From Octopus vulgaris (taxonomy: Eukaryota), in NCBI GenBank assembly GCA_951406725.2, contig OX597819.1:98208001-98272000 (forward strand): a stretch of DNA of 64,000 nucleotides, in the 5' to 3' direction. A model generated the notes under the pieces. The model did no database searches and was not told the origin of the DNA. It saw only the letters and a program-made list of their open reading frames with translations. This document shows positions 25,420 to 38,862 of the stretch, in pieces. The translations under genes were made by a program, and so were the position numbers. Each line of letters starts with the position of its first letter. Positions within the stretch are counted from its first letter, which is position 1.

Positions 25420-26803
25420 TTTAGTCATCCGTAGCCATCTTTCTTCTCTGTTTGTCTTATCTCCAACATTCCTATGAAATTGTCCATGCGTTCTTTTCTT
25501 TATCCACCTATTTTCAGTTTCGTTCATTCTCAAGTCCTTGTACAGTGCTTTATCTTTGCAATCTTCTATCCTTTACAAACCTGACCTTCTTACTTCCAAT
25601 AATAGCGGTTCTGTGACATCTTTTACATACCATGCTATGTTATTTTCTTTTCCTATAATGCTGTGTTCGCATCCAATCAGTCCTCTTCCTCTTCTTTTCT
25701 TGGTACATACAGTCTGTCTGTGTCATTTTTTGGGTGGATTATCCCATATTTAGTCAGCAACTTCCTTGTCTTTCTGTCTAAGCTGTTTAGTTCGTCTACT
25801 GTCGATGTGATTACCCCTGCTCCATATCCACGGAGCAAAACCGCCCAGGTGTTGATAGCTTCAATCTTATTCGGTCCGTTTAATTTTGACTTAAGGATCA
25901 GTCTCAGTCTGCACAAATACTCAACCTTAAATTTTTCTGTCATTTCTTTCTCCATCAATTTATCCATTTCCAATATCCTTAAGTACTTATAGCCCGTCTG
26001 TTCTATCTGCTTCATAACCTCCCCCGGCAGTATCACTAGCTCGTCCATACATTTGATTTTGCCTCTCTTCAAAACTAAAACACTATAGTTTTTTTTAGTC
26101 CGAGCTCCATTCTGATATCAGCACTGAAAGTATACACCGTATCAACGAGGGAACTGACTTGTGATTCATCTTTACCATAAAGTTTGAGGCCATCCATGAA
26201 TGACAAGTGGTTGGCTTTTTGTTGGCGGATCTTGAATACATACCCAGCCTTTGCTTTCCTCAGAATCAGTGTTAGTGGTATCATGCACAGTATAAAGATC
26301 AGTGGGGACAGGCAGTTCCCTTGGAAGATGCCTTTCCTGATTTCTATTGTCCTTAAACTTCTTTCATATGCTGTTAGTTCCGTCCTCCATTTCGCCATAC
26401 TTTTTCCAAGCAATCGCTCACCATTCGATGCAATACCAAATAGATTCATACATTCCATAATCCAAGAATGTGGAATCATATCGTACGTCTTACAATATAT
26501 TTCTTTACTGCCCACAAGGGGCTAAACATAGAGGGGGACAAACAAGGACAGACAAAGGGATTAAGTCGATTACATCGACCCCAGTGCAAAACTGGTACTT
26601 TATTTATCGACTCCGAAAGGATGAAAGGCAAAGTCGACCTCGGTGGAATTTGAACACAGAACGTAACGACAGACGAAATACGGCTACGGATTTTGCTCGG
26701 CGTGCTAACGTTTCTGCCAGCTCGCCGCCTTCCACATAATCGTACGTCTTAAATAATCGACTCATGACATGGCTATGTTAGTTTTCCTCCTCTTGTAGTC
26801 TCT
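25420..26803 (-). pseudogene. R4/Dong-type non-LTR retrotransposon RT fragment, interrupted by a SINE
   Basis: YDMIPHSW, KGIFQGNCLSPLIF, HLSFMDGLKLY, GYKYL, LNGPNKIEAINTWAV, DRKTRKLLT, DRLYVPR and HGQF motifs. The upstream RDYKRRKTNIAM block resumes at about 26740-26803 beyond the SINE. Confidence 0.9.
26497..26732 (-). mobile_element. SINE family B inserted in the R4/Dong RT, with ~16-bp TSD
   Basis: CATATCGTACGTCTTA on the left and CATAATCGTACGTCTTA on the right. Confidence 0.9.
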
Positions 26804-26927
26804 CTATATATGTTTCCGTCTGCCAAATTCACTCATAAGGCTTTGGGCGACTCGAAGCTATAGGAGAAGACATTTGCCCAAGGTGCCACACTGTGGGACT
26901 GAACCCGGAACCATGTGGCTGGACAGC

Positions 26928-26975
<48 letters not shown>

Positions 26976-27307
26976 TTTTAAAAAAGTTACTCAAGACTCA
27001 TTTTGTGTTGAGTACATTTTCATTAATGACAATTCACACCTGAGAAAACCTATAATCACCTTCCTATGTAATATGTAATAGGTGTATCAGTGCAGGTGTC
27101 TCAGTGTGTTTTATGCGCGTTTGTATATGTATATGTATAGTGCTCTTGTTTACTTTATTTTAGAAAATATATAAATAATCAATAAGCTGGTGCTTCAGAT
27201 ACGTATTGAGTTTGTTATCTCTTTCAACCGATTGATTACATTCGATCAGAACTGAGTGTCCGAAATCCTTTGGAATGGATTTGTAATCCAGGTTACGTCA
27301 CGCACAG

Positions 27308-27396
<89 letters not shown>

Positions 27397-27924
27397 CACG
27401 CACACACACGCACATACACATGTATAAACACACACACGCACATACACATGTATAAACACACACACATAAATATATATAGACACACACGCAGACGCACACA
27501 CAGACACATTATAACATATATCTTGTGTGTGTGTGTGCGTATGCATGTATGTAAATAAGTGCGTGCGCTTGGGTAGGGGTGGGAGTGAGGTTGTCACCGT
27601 CACTTCGTTTCTAGTCTTATATAAAAACATATCCGGCTCTGTGGAAGTATTGTCTTGCGTGGAAACAGGTGAGGGATGGCGAGAGGAAAAGCATGCATAG
27701 AAAAACCTTGTCTCAGCGAACTCTGATCTATGCAATCATGGAAAAGGGGCTATTAAAGTAGAGATGATGAAAACGATGATGAATGTATTTTCTGATTGAT
27801 TTACAAGTATTTCAGAAACAAGGTGTTAGTAAAGGTACTAAATTCACATTTTTTTTTAGTGTCAAGGCAGTTTTACTAAAATAAGAAACAACGATAGGGT
27901 AGTGTAAATTTGCATGACTATAAT

Positions 27925-28155
27925 TATTTCTTTACTACACACAAGGGGCTAAATACAGAGGCGACAAACAAGGACAGACAAACGGATTAAGTCGATTATA
28001 TCAACCCCAGTGCGTAACTGTACTTAATTTAATCACCCCGAAAGGATGAAAGGCAAAGTCGACCTCGACGGAATTTGAACTCAGAACGCGGCGGCGGACG
28101 AAATACCGCAAAGCATTTCGCCCAGCGTGCTAACGTTTCTGCCCGCTTGCTGCCG
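27925..28155 (-). mobile_element. SINE family B
   Basis: Full core present in reverse complement. Confidence 0.9.
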
Positions 28156-28194
28156 GAGGTGACAGTATGTAGGCACGTGAGAGCACTTGAGTGT

Positions 28195-29185
28195 TTCAAG
28201 AACAAATAACAACAGCAATAGTACAAGATATTTAATGTTTTGCATTAAAGAAAAGCAAAAGAGGTTTCAACGTTTCGGATAGCAGCTCTCCATCAAGCTC
28301 AGTCAGAGAAGTCAAGAATGCAGAGAAAGAACACAGAGGAAAAGGAAATGAATGACCAAAGATGGTACAGCATAAAGGTGTCTTTCAATCTAAATAGACT
28401 TTGTTCCTTTTACCCAAGTAAGATAATGTGCGGCAGGGTATGCTTATGTATATCTTACAACACCAGGAAAGGAAGTGTATAAGAAGGTTCCGTACATGTG
28501 TGGGTAAGTGTGTATACTTGTGTATGTGGATGTGTTGATATGTATGCTATGCTGTGTATGTGGTGTGAATAAAATAAAAATGTGTTAGACGGATAATGTG
28601 TATATATGTGTTTGTGAAAACAGAGGGTGTGTGAAATTCATAAATGAGTATTTTTCAGTGTATAGTATTTAGAGGGAGAGGCAGTATTACCAAAGTAAAA
28701 GATTCACTCATTAATTCCAGTTGAGTGAGTTGTAAGCTGACTGAAGATTAGCAATTGTCCGCGGAGTTAGCAGGAGGCAGGTGGTCTGTTATGTAAATCT
28801 TCATCGTAGATGGAAAGATGATAGCAGGAGAAACGAAAGATGATAGCCAGGAGAATCGAAGTGACAAATAACATTGGAAGGATTTGATAATGTTATGTCA
28901 GACGTTTAAAAGCTACTCTATAAAACGGTCTGCCAAACTTCGATTTGTTTTTTGTTTTTTTTTCTAATACATTTCCTGGTACCACGTAAAAAGCACTCGT
29001 GCCTGTACCATACTAGAAGCACCCGTGCGGATTCCACGTAAAAGTACCCTGTACATTGTGTAAAGTAGTTGGCTTTAGGAAAGGCATCCAGCCAAAACAG
29101 TCAGTTGGAGCCTGGACAGCTCTCCGGTTGGCCAGCTCATGTCAAACTATCAAACCGTCCAACCCATGCCATTCAACAAAGTTGG

Positions 29186-29260
<75 letters not shown>

Positions 29261-29305
29261 ATGATGATGATGATGATAATGATGATTATGATGATGATGA
29301 TGATA

Positions 29306-29367
<62 letters not shown>

Positions 29368-29384
29368 GAGACGACGACGACGAC

Positions 29385-29431
<47 letters not shown>

Positions 29432-29452
29432 GACGACGACGACGACGACGAC

Positions 29453-29487
<35 letters not shown>

Positions 29488-29507
29488 GACGATGATGAGA
29501 CGATGAA

Positions 29508-29545
<38 letters not shown>

Positions 29546-30140
29546 CAACGACAACGACGACAGTAAGTAACAAAACTGACATTTGATGTTGTAAATAATA
29601 TTGTTGTCGATAATAACGAAACGAAAAAGTCAGGATCGTATAGGGAAGCGATATTCTGGATGAAAGAATACATGTTGCAGCGGGAACAAAACCAAGCGAA
29701 GGATTTTTGGTTAGATGTGGCGAGGGAGAAAAACTCTATAGACCAAAAGATTATGTAGATTGCGTTTGCGTCGAAAAAAAAAGTTAAACAGTATTCAGGA
29801 AAGGTGCGAAAAGTGTCAGGATCAGACTGAAGGATGGGGTATTGAAGAGGTAAAGTGACAGTATGGAGGGAGGGAAAAGGGAAGTGTTTGATGATCGGGT
29901 AGATCATGAGGTCGAATACGCGGTCAGCATCAGCAACGTAGGAAGAGAATAAGCGATTTGGTACGAACGGGATGAGGCGAACTGAGGCAGAGTCTGTGGA
30001 GGAGTTAAAGTCTGTGGCGGGGATGAACTTAAGATTAAAATGGATGGAGTTGCTAAAATCGATGAACAAGTTGAGATGTCCACAGGTAAGGGAGATGTCC
30101 TGGATATGGTCGTTAATGTAATCTACCTTACAGTTCTGGA
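28195..30140 (-). pseudogene. Decayed Penelope-like element: RT fragment, GIY-YIG C-terminus, CA-rich 3' region and HHR relic
   Basis: YINDHI..ISLTCGHLNLFIDFSNSIHFNLKF resembles PLE YIDD...L..F....N..HP.LKFT. VICHFDSPG...LIFS...GINE at about 28700-28880 resembles V..HF...GH...LIF....GLN. A reverse-strand ..TCCGAAACGTT lies at about 28270. A (GAT)n-tailed insertion interrupts it at 28980-29570. Confidence 0.6.
29186..29570. repeat. (GAT/GAC)n microsatellite, retroposon tail
   Basis: Direct read. Source of the poly-D/M/H/S/I ORFs. Confidence 0.9.
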
Positions 30141-30219
30141 GTGTGTCGCATAATTGCTGGTAACTATTCAATAAAGTTAACCAATATCAACCAAACATTG
30201 AATTATTTTTCTTTTCTTT

Positions 30220-30650
30220 TATTCTTTTACTCGATTCAGTCATTTGACTGCGGCCATGCTGGAGCACCGCCTTTAGTCGAATCAAATCGACCCCAGGACT
30301 TATTCTTTGTGAGCCTAGTACTTATTCTATCGGTATCTTTTTCCGAACCGCCAAGTTACAGGGACGTAAACACACCAGCATCGGTTGTCAAGCGATGATG
30401 GGGGAACAAACACAGATACACAACATACACAACATACACGCACACACACACACACACACACACGCGCACACACACACATATACATATATACGACGAGCTT
30501 CTTTCAGTTTCCGTCTACCAAATCCACTCATAAGGCTTTGGTAGGCCCGAGGCTATAGTAGAAGACACTTGCTCAAAGTGCCATGCAGTGGGACTGAACC
30601 CGGAACCATGTGGATGGTAAGCAAGCTACTTACCACACAGCCACTCCTAC
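30220..30650 (-). mobile_element. SINE family A, full length
   Basis: Head and tail are both present. Confidence 0.9.
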
Positions 30651-31237
30651 ACCTTATTTAACTTTCTAATGTTCTCCTTTAGTATACACACAAACTCACA
30701 CACACAAGAATGCACACATACGCATGCAGACTCATTCAACCATACACACAAACAAACACACATGCACACACACACGTACACACACACATGTATGCATGTA
30801 TGTGTGTGTATATATATATATATATATATGTTTGTGCGTATATGTATGTGTACATATGCATATGTGCCTTACTCATGGGTATGCAGAATATTATTGACAT
30901 AACTGTAATAACTGTATGATATATTGATGTATTGATTGTAAAATTAATATCCCTATAACTTTCATAAATATCTGTTTATATATTATATTCTATATTTTAT
31001 GTACTATCTATTTTGAATAACAGAATACATCTAATATCAATAATAATAATATTAGTAATAACTGAATATTATATGTGCTTATGGATGTAAATATGCATGT
31101 ATATTTCAGTATATATAAGTAGTTATATATAACTATATATGTATGCATATTTATATCAATATATATATATTCAAATGTGTGTGTATTTTTTTACATTTAT
31201 ATTTATATTTATTATTATAACTTAACATTTGTACTTT

Positions 31238-31366
31238 ATAATCTCTGACGAAGCCTAGAGATATATACAAGTACCTCATGTTCATCTACCTATTACCTCA
31301 ATCCACTTGAGTAATATAGGTAGAATGAGGTATTTTTATCTATTGGCTGAAACAGCTGTAAGTTAT
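31238..31366 (+). ncRNA. Type I hammerhead ribozyme motif with extended stem II
   Basis: CTGACGA (31245-51), stem II AGCC...GGCT (31252-31348), GAAA, palindromic stem III C-AGCT-G, GTA cleavage triplet (cut after 31360) and a short AT-rich stem I. Confidence 0.7.
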
Positions 31367-31801
31367 TTTACCAATTTATATTCATGTTTTTTTATAATAA
31401 TTACTGGTATCCTTATATATTACTATATTTTATATCTTATATCTTATATGTAAAGAATAATATGCTATATGTATGTATGTTATTGTATTTATCAGTTTAA
31501 TAAATAAATAAGTTAACATTTTTATGTCCAAAAGTTGATGAACCACCTATTGTTCTCCATTTTCTCCTCCATTTTTTGTCAAAAAGTATATATCACACTT
31601 CTGCGGTCTTATCACTGGTACAATTCCACTGTATCTTATTGACCAGGTCACAGATGTGTGACGAAACCGTTCGACACCAATTCATGATATATGCTACTAT
31701 AAAGAAACATACAAAACGCACATTATATGAGCGTTTTGAAATGACATCAGGGATTCTTCCACGGTAATTGTTTTATGATAGTTTCAATACACGATCTTTG
31801 A

Positions 31802-31851
<50 letters not shown>

Positions 31852-31856
<5 letters not shown>

Positions 31857-31942
31857 ATCCAAACAAAGAAGAACAAACAAGAAAAAACAATAACGCGAGG
31901 ACGTGGTACAAGTACTGTATTATCAGACGCTCAGGAAAGGAT
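31852..31942 (-). mobile_element. Truncated 3' end of the HHR-bearing element seen at 43600-43790 and 51045-51251
   Basis: AATCCAAACAA...ACGCGAGGACGTGG...GACGCTCAGGAAAG, directly abutting (TA)n. Confidence 0.65.
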
Positions 31943-32589
31943 GCAGTTTCCATGTCAGCACATCCCTTTGATCAGAGCTGTCAAGTGGAGATCATAAAGA
32001 TTTGGATATCTTTTAACGCCAACGATGCCGAACAAAATTGATGCTACCTGAGAATTGACCCACATTGTAGCACGCTTTGCCTTTCTCCCGGTAATCGATG
32101 CTGTCATCAGACTAAAAAGAGGCAACTGTAAATAACTGTAACTAACGTAGCCAAGCAGTGACTGTTGCGTTTTACTTCCTGCTAAGGATTTGTTCGCAGC
32201 ACTAAAAATCCATCTTTCTCTAACAGGTCTCTGTCGTGTCTATGATGAAGGTTTATTTTGCTTCCATCTGCATCATTTTAATCACTCCTCTGTTGTTCTT
32301 AAATCCAGTAACAACCAAGGACATTGTATATCTAGCTACAAAACTACGAAATGCAAGAAGCACTGTATATTATTACTCTTTTGCCTCAAACAGCTCTCTA
32401 AATCTCTTATACCCTAGACTAGAGCTAGCCAACCTGAGGCCCGCTGGATACGTTCTTGAAACATTTAAAAAATTTTTATCAAAAATTAAAGATTGTAATG
32501 AAAAGTAAAAAAGAAAGATACTGTTTTTGCAACGATAATATTTCATATTAAATCAACGATCATTCATTCATTATTGTAATAATAGCATG

Positions 32590-32860
32590 AGAAACGTCGT
32601 GAGTTCGATTCCCAGCGCGTTGTGTCCTTGAGCAAGATACTTTGCTCCAGTTCACACAGATGGCAAAATATGAGTTGTATCTGTAATTCAAAGGAGCAGT
32701 CTTGTCACATTCTGTGTCACACTGAATCTCCCTGAGAAAGCTACGTTAAAGATGCACGTGTCTGTGGAGTGCTCAGCCACTTGCACGTTAATTTCACGAG
32801 CCGGCTGCGCTGTTGATCGGATCGACTGGAACACTCGTCGTCGTAACCGACGGAGTGCTA
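32590..32860 (+). mobile_element. SINE, family C-related
   Basis: GTGAGTTCGATTCCC...TTGTGTCCTTGAGCAAGATAC...GCTCCAGTTCAC. Confidence 0.7.
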
Positions 32861-33502
32861 GTATCTATGGTGCTGTTAACACTACCTTAACGGGGCGATA
32901 TCCTGGTTACGACTACCTACATCTACGGGTGGAGGTGGAACTGTCTGTTGCGAATATAAAACGTCGACAGATATCCAGGACAAAGATCTTAGTGTGTTTG
33001 TAGCTCAATATGTGCTCAGATACCCTACTTCCATAGAACTTCCGCAACAGAGATATTAATAAGCAATAAAACTACGCCATCATCACTTCATTGTTGCACA
33101 AGGTAAGTTTATTTATGAAGAAATAGGGGTTCCTGCATCTAGAAGAAAATGGATTAGGGCAGAGGGAAATGGTGTTATTGATGATGCTTGTGGTTGTTAT
33201 AGTGTAATTTGAGATGGTGTGGGTGGGGTGGTGTTGTCTGTCACACAAAGCTAAAACTGACAAGTGCAGTTGGTTGCAAAATTTAGCCTGCAGTAGCTAG
33301 CTATATCCCGCCATTCCACTGCCGTCCTACTGCCGTCCTACTGCCATCCTACTGACATTCTACTGCTGCTCTTACTGCTGTCCTACTACTGGCATCGTAC
33401 TGCCGATGTTAGTTGGAGAGGGAGAAAACCTGAAAACTGCAGCTGCATATAGGACCTTACTTCTGGGGACAAGTTTATATCGGGACAGCAGTGACTGTCA
33501 CT

Positions 33503-33503
33503 G

Positions 33504-33545
<42 letters not shown>

Positions 33546-33546
33546 A

Positions 33547-33577
<31 letters not shown>

Positions 33578-33594
33578 ACTACTACTACTACTAT

Positions 33595-33642
<48 letters not shown>
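33503..33642. repeat. (CTA/CTG)n microsatellite
   Basis: Direct read. Confidence 0.9.
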
Positions 33643-33643
<1 letters not shown>

Positions 33644-33790
33644 GAGGCCGCTACTGCTACTGACGTTTTCACCGCCTTACATATCGTCACAATCACCTTG
33701 GACATAAAGATGGATAAATATAAAGACAGAGAGAACAATGTGTGTGAGAGAGAGGGAAAAGTCAGGAAAGAAGACAAAGAGGGAAGATAG

Positions 33791-33868
<78 letters not shown>

Positions 33869-33937
33869 GAGAAGATTAAACTGGTAGGCGGAGATATAAG
33901 CCAATAAGAATCAGAAGAACTGAATGGCTGTTGTCCA

Positions 33938-33979
<42 letters not shown>

Positions 33980-34104
33980 GCACGCACGCACACACACACG
34001 TACGCGCGCACACACACACATATGCACGCACACACACACAGAGGTATATAAGCAAATGTAATCACTACATCCCTCATACACAGAGACCTTCCCCCTACAC
34101 ACCC

Positions 34105-34144
<40 letters not shown>

Positions 34145-34484
34145 ATATATATATATATATATATATGTATTCAAACTTAGACAGATGTGTACATATATAT
34201 GTGTGGGTGTGGGTGTAAAAGCTACAATATATATAGATCTTCCCGACCACACGCGCATACATATACACAAGTATACATAAAATACACACACATACATTTA
34301 TATTGTCTATATCACAGCCACTGACCATCACCACCTCCGCCACCGCCTTCAACACCTACAGACACTGGTCCACAATGCACATCACAACATGTAAGATCTC
34401 CCACTGAGAGGACACTGTCAACGGGTTTGTCTGGCAGAGATCATTGACCTTGCACATACATACATACAAACATACATACATACA

Positions 34485-34573
<89 letters not shown>

Positions 34574-34587
34574 ATATGGTATAATAT

Positions 34588-34631
<44 letters not shown>

Positions 34632-34704
34632 GCTTGCATTCATACACAATATTACACACGTATACATATACACATATATACATAGACACACGTACATAAT
34701 ATAC

Positions 34705-34744
<40 letters not shown>

Positions 34745-34786
34745 ACGCACACAGACATACATTACTATCCGATAGATAGATAGATT

Positions 34787-34834
<48 letters not shown>

Positions 34835-34907
34835 TACATTCATACATACATACATACATACATAATACATACATACATACATACATATATATATATATAT
34901 ACATACT

Positions 34908-34955
<48 letters not shown>

Positions 34956-35735
34956 CATATATACATTCATATGTACACATACATATATTCATATACATAC
35001 ACGCAAATATTCACATATACATATACACAGACATTTGCTCTTTCCACGCAAATTTAGTATGAATATTATTAGCTAAAACCATATACTATAAAACAACTAC
35101 ATATACCATCATACTATACCTCACCCCGGCACACCATACCATGGCAACACCAAAACTCATCGCATTTTATTACAGTATACTACACAACATCATACCACTG
35201 TGAAATACCATTGCATTGTACCACAACACAAACACTATCTTACTGACGAGTATACATACATCACATGCAAGCTGTCATACACAAGTACACACGTACATCT
35301 ATGCACACACGCACACACACAAATTAGCACATAACATATACATACACATTCATGTACACTACCATACTATGCTACAGCGTATGCACTAAGCCACAGCTAT
35401 TATTCATACCATCACTACAAACAGACTTCCACACACACTGAGGTCATACCACACTATACCTCATTGCGCCCATACTATATATCGATCACACAATACACTG
35501 AACATTACACTTTTAACCGTACTATGTATCACACTAGACTAGAGTATATTCTTCATTATAGAGCACATTATATGTAACATACAACATACACCCATTATTA
35601 CATCGAGAGAAGCTTACCACCCTATATACTATACAATATATATTATGCTATATACCTCATTAAATAACACCTTGTATACATTCATAATCATACCGAGAGA
35701 AGTGAAGTACACCATGTATACTATACAATAAAGTA

Positions 35736-35766
<31 letters not shown>

Positions 35767-35805
35767 CCACACTATGTATACCATACTATAAACTATACTA
35801 TACTA

Positions 35806-35844
<39 letters not shown>

Positions 35845-36883
35845 ATCGCACAGAGAAAAGTGTATCATACCATACGGCATATTATATATTATGCTATATC
35901 TCATTATATAGCACTCTCCATACCACGCTATATCACACTCCACGAAACTACTTAGCGCACTACATACTGCGTGAAACATCCTACTATATATCACGCTAAA
36001 TACTACATTGCCAGACAACGTTATATACCATACACTATACACCGTTAATATAACACAGAATATACATTTATTATCACACCGAGAGAAGGTAATTAAGTGA
36101 TCACTACATCAAACTATGACGATGACCACCAGACAGAAGGAACGTTCAGTAAGTTAACTTTTATTATCACCCCTATCCGCTCCCCATCAATGTCACTATC
36201 GTCAACGTGGGGACATCCAGGTAGTTTCTTAACTTGCCAGAAATAACAGCTAAATCTGCATCAAATTATTTTTTAGCGTTATAAGAATAAAAAAAAACGA
36301 TATTTAACAATGTAGGCTTATATGTACTAAAAGAAAAGATGGTCATAAAACACGAGGGGCAAATTGTTTGTCGATAGCATATGTCTGGAGGAAAGACTGG
36401 ATGGGTATGTTTGGGTTGTTAAATGGAAAATCAGCCAGGTAGATCAGTCTGTCCGTAACGGACTGGTGTTCTATTCAGAGTGGATGGGTGGGGTTGGGGT
36501 TGGGGGTAGTGTCACTTGTATGACATTGAAATCGGGTTAAGCTCTGGTCTTATGAGACCCAGGGTTCACGACAGGCCTAAGATCAGAATGTAACAAGTTT
36601 AAACAACTTCTGCTACTATTTATTACTAGGCAAACGCTACTGCAATCATTATCAACATCACCAAAACCACCACTACCACCGCCAAACACGACGATAATCA
36701 CTGGTAACCATCATAACTATATTATATCAAACGACGCTGTTTTTGTCATATATTTTATTCAATCACATATTTTATACTGTTTATACTTAATTTGAACCAT
36801 CAGTTCAAATTCACCTATCATCCTTGTGGGTTTGATAAAATAAATACCAGCTGACCATTGGGGTCGTTGTAATCGACTAACCC

Positions 36884-37064
36884 CACTAGTGTAGCTAAAG
36901 TGTGTGCCGCCCGGGGAGGACCTTCCCTTTGCCACCCTCAGACCCCACAAAAAAAAAAAACATATTGCCTACAGTAGACCCAAAAGTGCCACCCCTTTAA
37001 AAGTGCCACCCGAGTCGGACTGCACCAAACGACCCCCACCCCCACCCAATTAGCTACGCTAGTG
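36884..37064. mobile_element. hAT-type MITE inserted inside a family B SINE
   Basis: TIRs CACTAGTGTAGCTA / TAGCTACGCTAGTG and 8-bp TSD ACTAACCC / GCTAACCC. SINE sequence continues on both sides. Confidence 0.8.
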
Positions 37065-37223
37065 GCTAACCCCTCTTCCCGAAGTTGCTGGCCTTGAGTC
37101 CAAAATTGAAACCAGTATTACCATAACCATCGTCGTTAGCTTGGAGGAAATTGCAGAACACTTGATACTTGTAAAATTTGTGAGTGAGTTCGATTTTCCC
37201 TGAAGTGGCGTGCCGAACTTTTA

Positions 37224-37655
37224 AAGGCGGCGAGCTGGCAGAATCGTTAGCACGCCGGGCAAAATGCTTAGAGGCATTTCGTCCATCTTTACGTTCCAAG
37301 TTCAAATTCCGCCGAGGTCGACTTTGGCCTTCATTCTTTCGAGGTTCATAAAATAAAGACCAGTTTGAGCACTGGGGTCGCTGTAACCGACTTGCCCCCT
37401 TACCCGAAATTGTTTTCCTTGTGCCAAAATTGGAAACCACAACCATCAAGGCGACGAGTGGGCGGAATTCTTAACACGCCGGTCAAAATGCTTAGAGGCA
37501 TTTCGTCCATCTTTACGTTCTGAGTTCAAATTCCGCCGAGGTCGACTTTGCCCTTCATTCTTTCGAGGTTCATAAAATAAAGACCAGTTTGAGCACTGAA
37601 GTTGGTGTAATCGACTTACCCACTCCTCTGAAATTGTGCCAAAATTTGAAACCAA
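37224..37655 (+). mobile_element. Tandem pair of family B SINEs sharing diagnostic variants
   Basis: Both copies carry GAGGCATTTCGTCCATC and CTTCATTCTTTCGAGGTTCATAAAATAAAGACCAGTTTGAGCACTG. Confidence 0.85.
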
Positions 37656-38694
37656 TATTATTTGTCTATAATATACTAAATTATCGTTAACTCATCTCTC
37701 GGTTTGCCCATCTCTCTCTCTCTCTCTCTCCCTCTGCCGCTCCCCACCTCTCTGAAAGCAAGCCCAAATAAAAAAATGTCGATAGAAATGAAACAGTATG
37801 TCTTCTTATTTATTAGGTCTGTGGGAAAGGGCAATAAAATGGCCACCGACCTTTACAGGTTCCCCGAGAGTGGCGAGACTAATGTCGATAATGTTCCTCT
37901 TAAACTTTAAAGTATGAAATGTAACAGGAAGAGAGCCTTGTGTTTAGCAGTGCGAGGATAGCTCGGAACTTATTTTAGCTTTATTACACCTCCTCAGCGA
38001 AGCAAAGTCTAACCATTCCACTAAATATCTATTACACTGCATTATACACCCCAACACTACACTGTTATTCGCTATTCCACTCAATATTTATGGTAACTAG
38101 ACTGGACTATACACTTTGATCCTCTCCATTCAATTCTGTTTTATACTATATTATACACTATCTCTCATCTCTTCGTTGCGATTAAACATTTTATTTTAAA
38201 TTACTCAGTCACCCAATAGTAACTTTACAATGTTGAAGTAATCTATTACAAAACTACAACACACTATCGTTCATGTACACTGCACTATACCACGCTGCCA
38301 CACCACACACCACTACACTTGTACATTATATTACACTAGTTATGGTACACTGCAGCCTGTCGGCCGCATGCAGCCCGCGGAGCTTTCTGAATGACACCAA
38401 CGAAAAATTACTTTGATTTCTTTCAGCAGTGCGGCCTACCTGATGATGAGCTATGTCCTCTTGCGGCCCGCTTCTATGGAAAAGGTTTCCCTATACCTGT
38501 ACTAGTACAACGCTATACTACATTACATACACCAACCAATAAAATATTCAACACAATATTACTACATTACAATTCTTTACACCTCAATATACAATGTCTG
38601 ATATAAAAACTACAGCAGGATTCCATTGACTTGGGGTTAACAATAACAACAATAACTCTAACATCAACAACAACGCAGTAATAACTAATACTAC

Positions 38695-38862
38695 TACGTT
38701 CTGAGTTCAAATTCCGCCGAGGTCGACTTTGCCTTTCATCCTTTCGGGGTCGATAAATAAAGTACCAGTTTCGCACTGGTAAGTCGATGTAGTCGACTTA
38801 ATCCCTTTGTCTGTCCTTGTTTGTCCCCTCTATGTTTAGCCCATTGTGGGCAGTAAAGAAAT
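38695..38862 (+). mobile_element. SINE family B, 5'-truncated
   Basis: Core and GTCCCCTC..TGTTTAGCCC tail present. Confidence 0.85.

Noticed and set aside
29173-30171. Longest ORF (332 aa)
   Set aside because: It is a chimera of decayed PLE sequence and a (CAT)n tract, not a gene.
33312-33403. 11-bp tandem repeat (CCGTCCTACTG)-like, also decamer-like repeats at 21290-21375, as a CRISPR-like array
   Set aside because: The units are contiguous and degenerate with no spacers, an ordinary minisatellite in a eukaryotic genome.
34310-34332. TATCACAGCCA, the miR-2 family 5' end
   Set aside because: The 3' half does not match and no hairpin partner is present.
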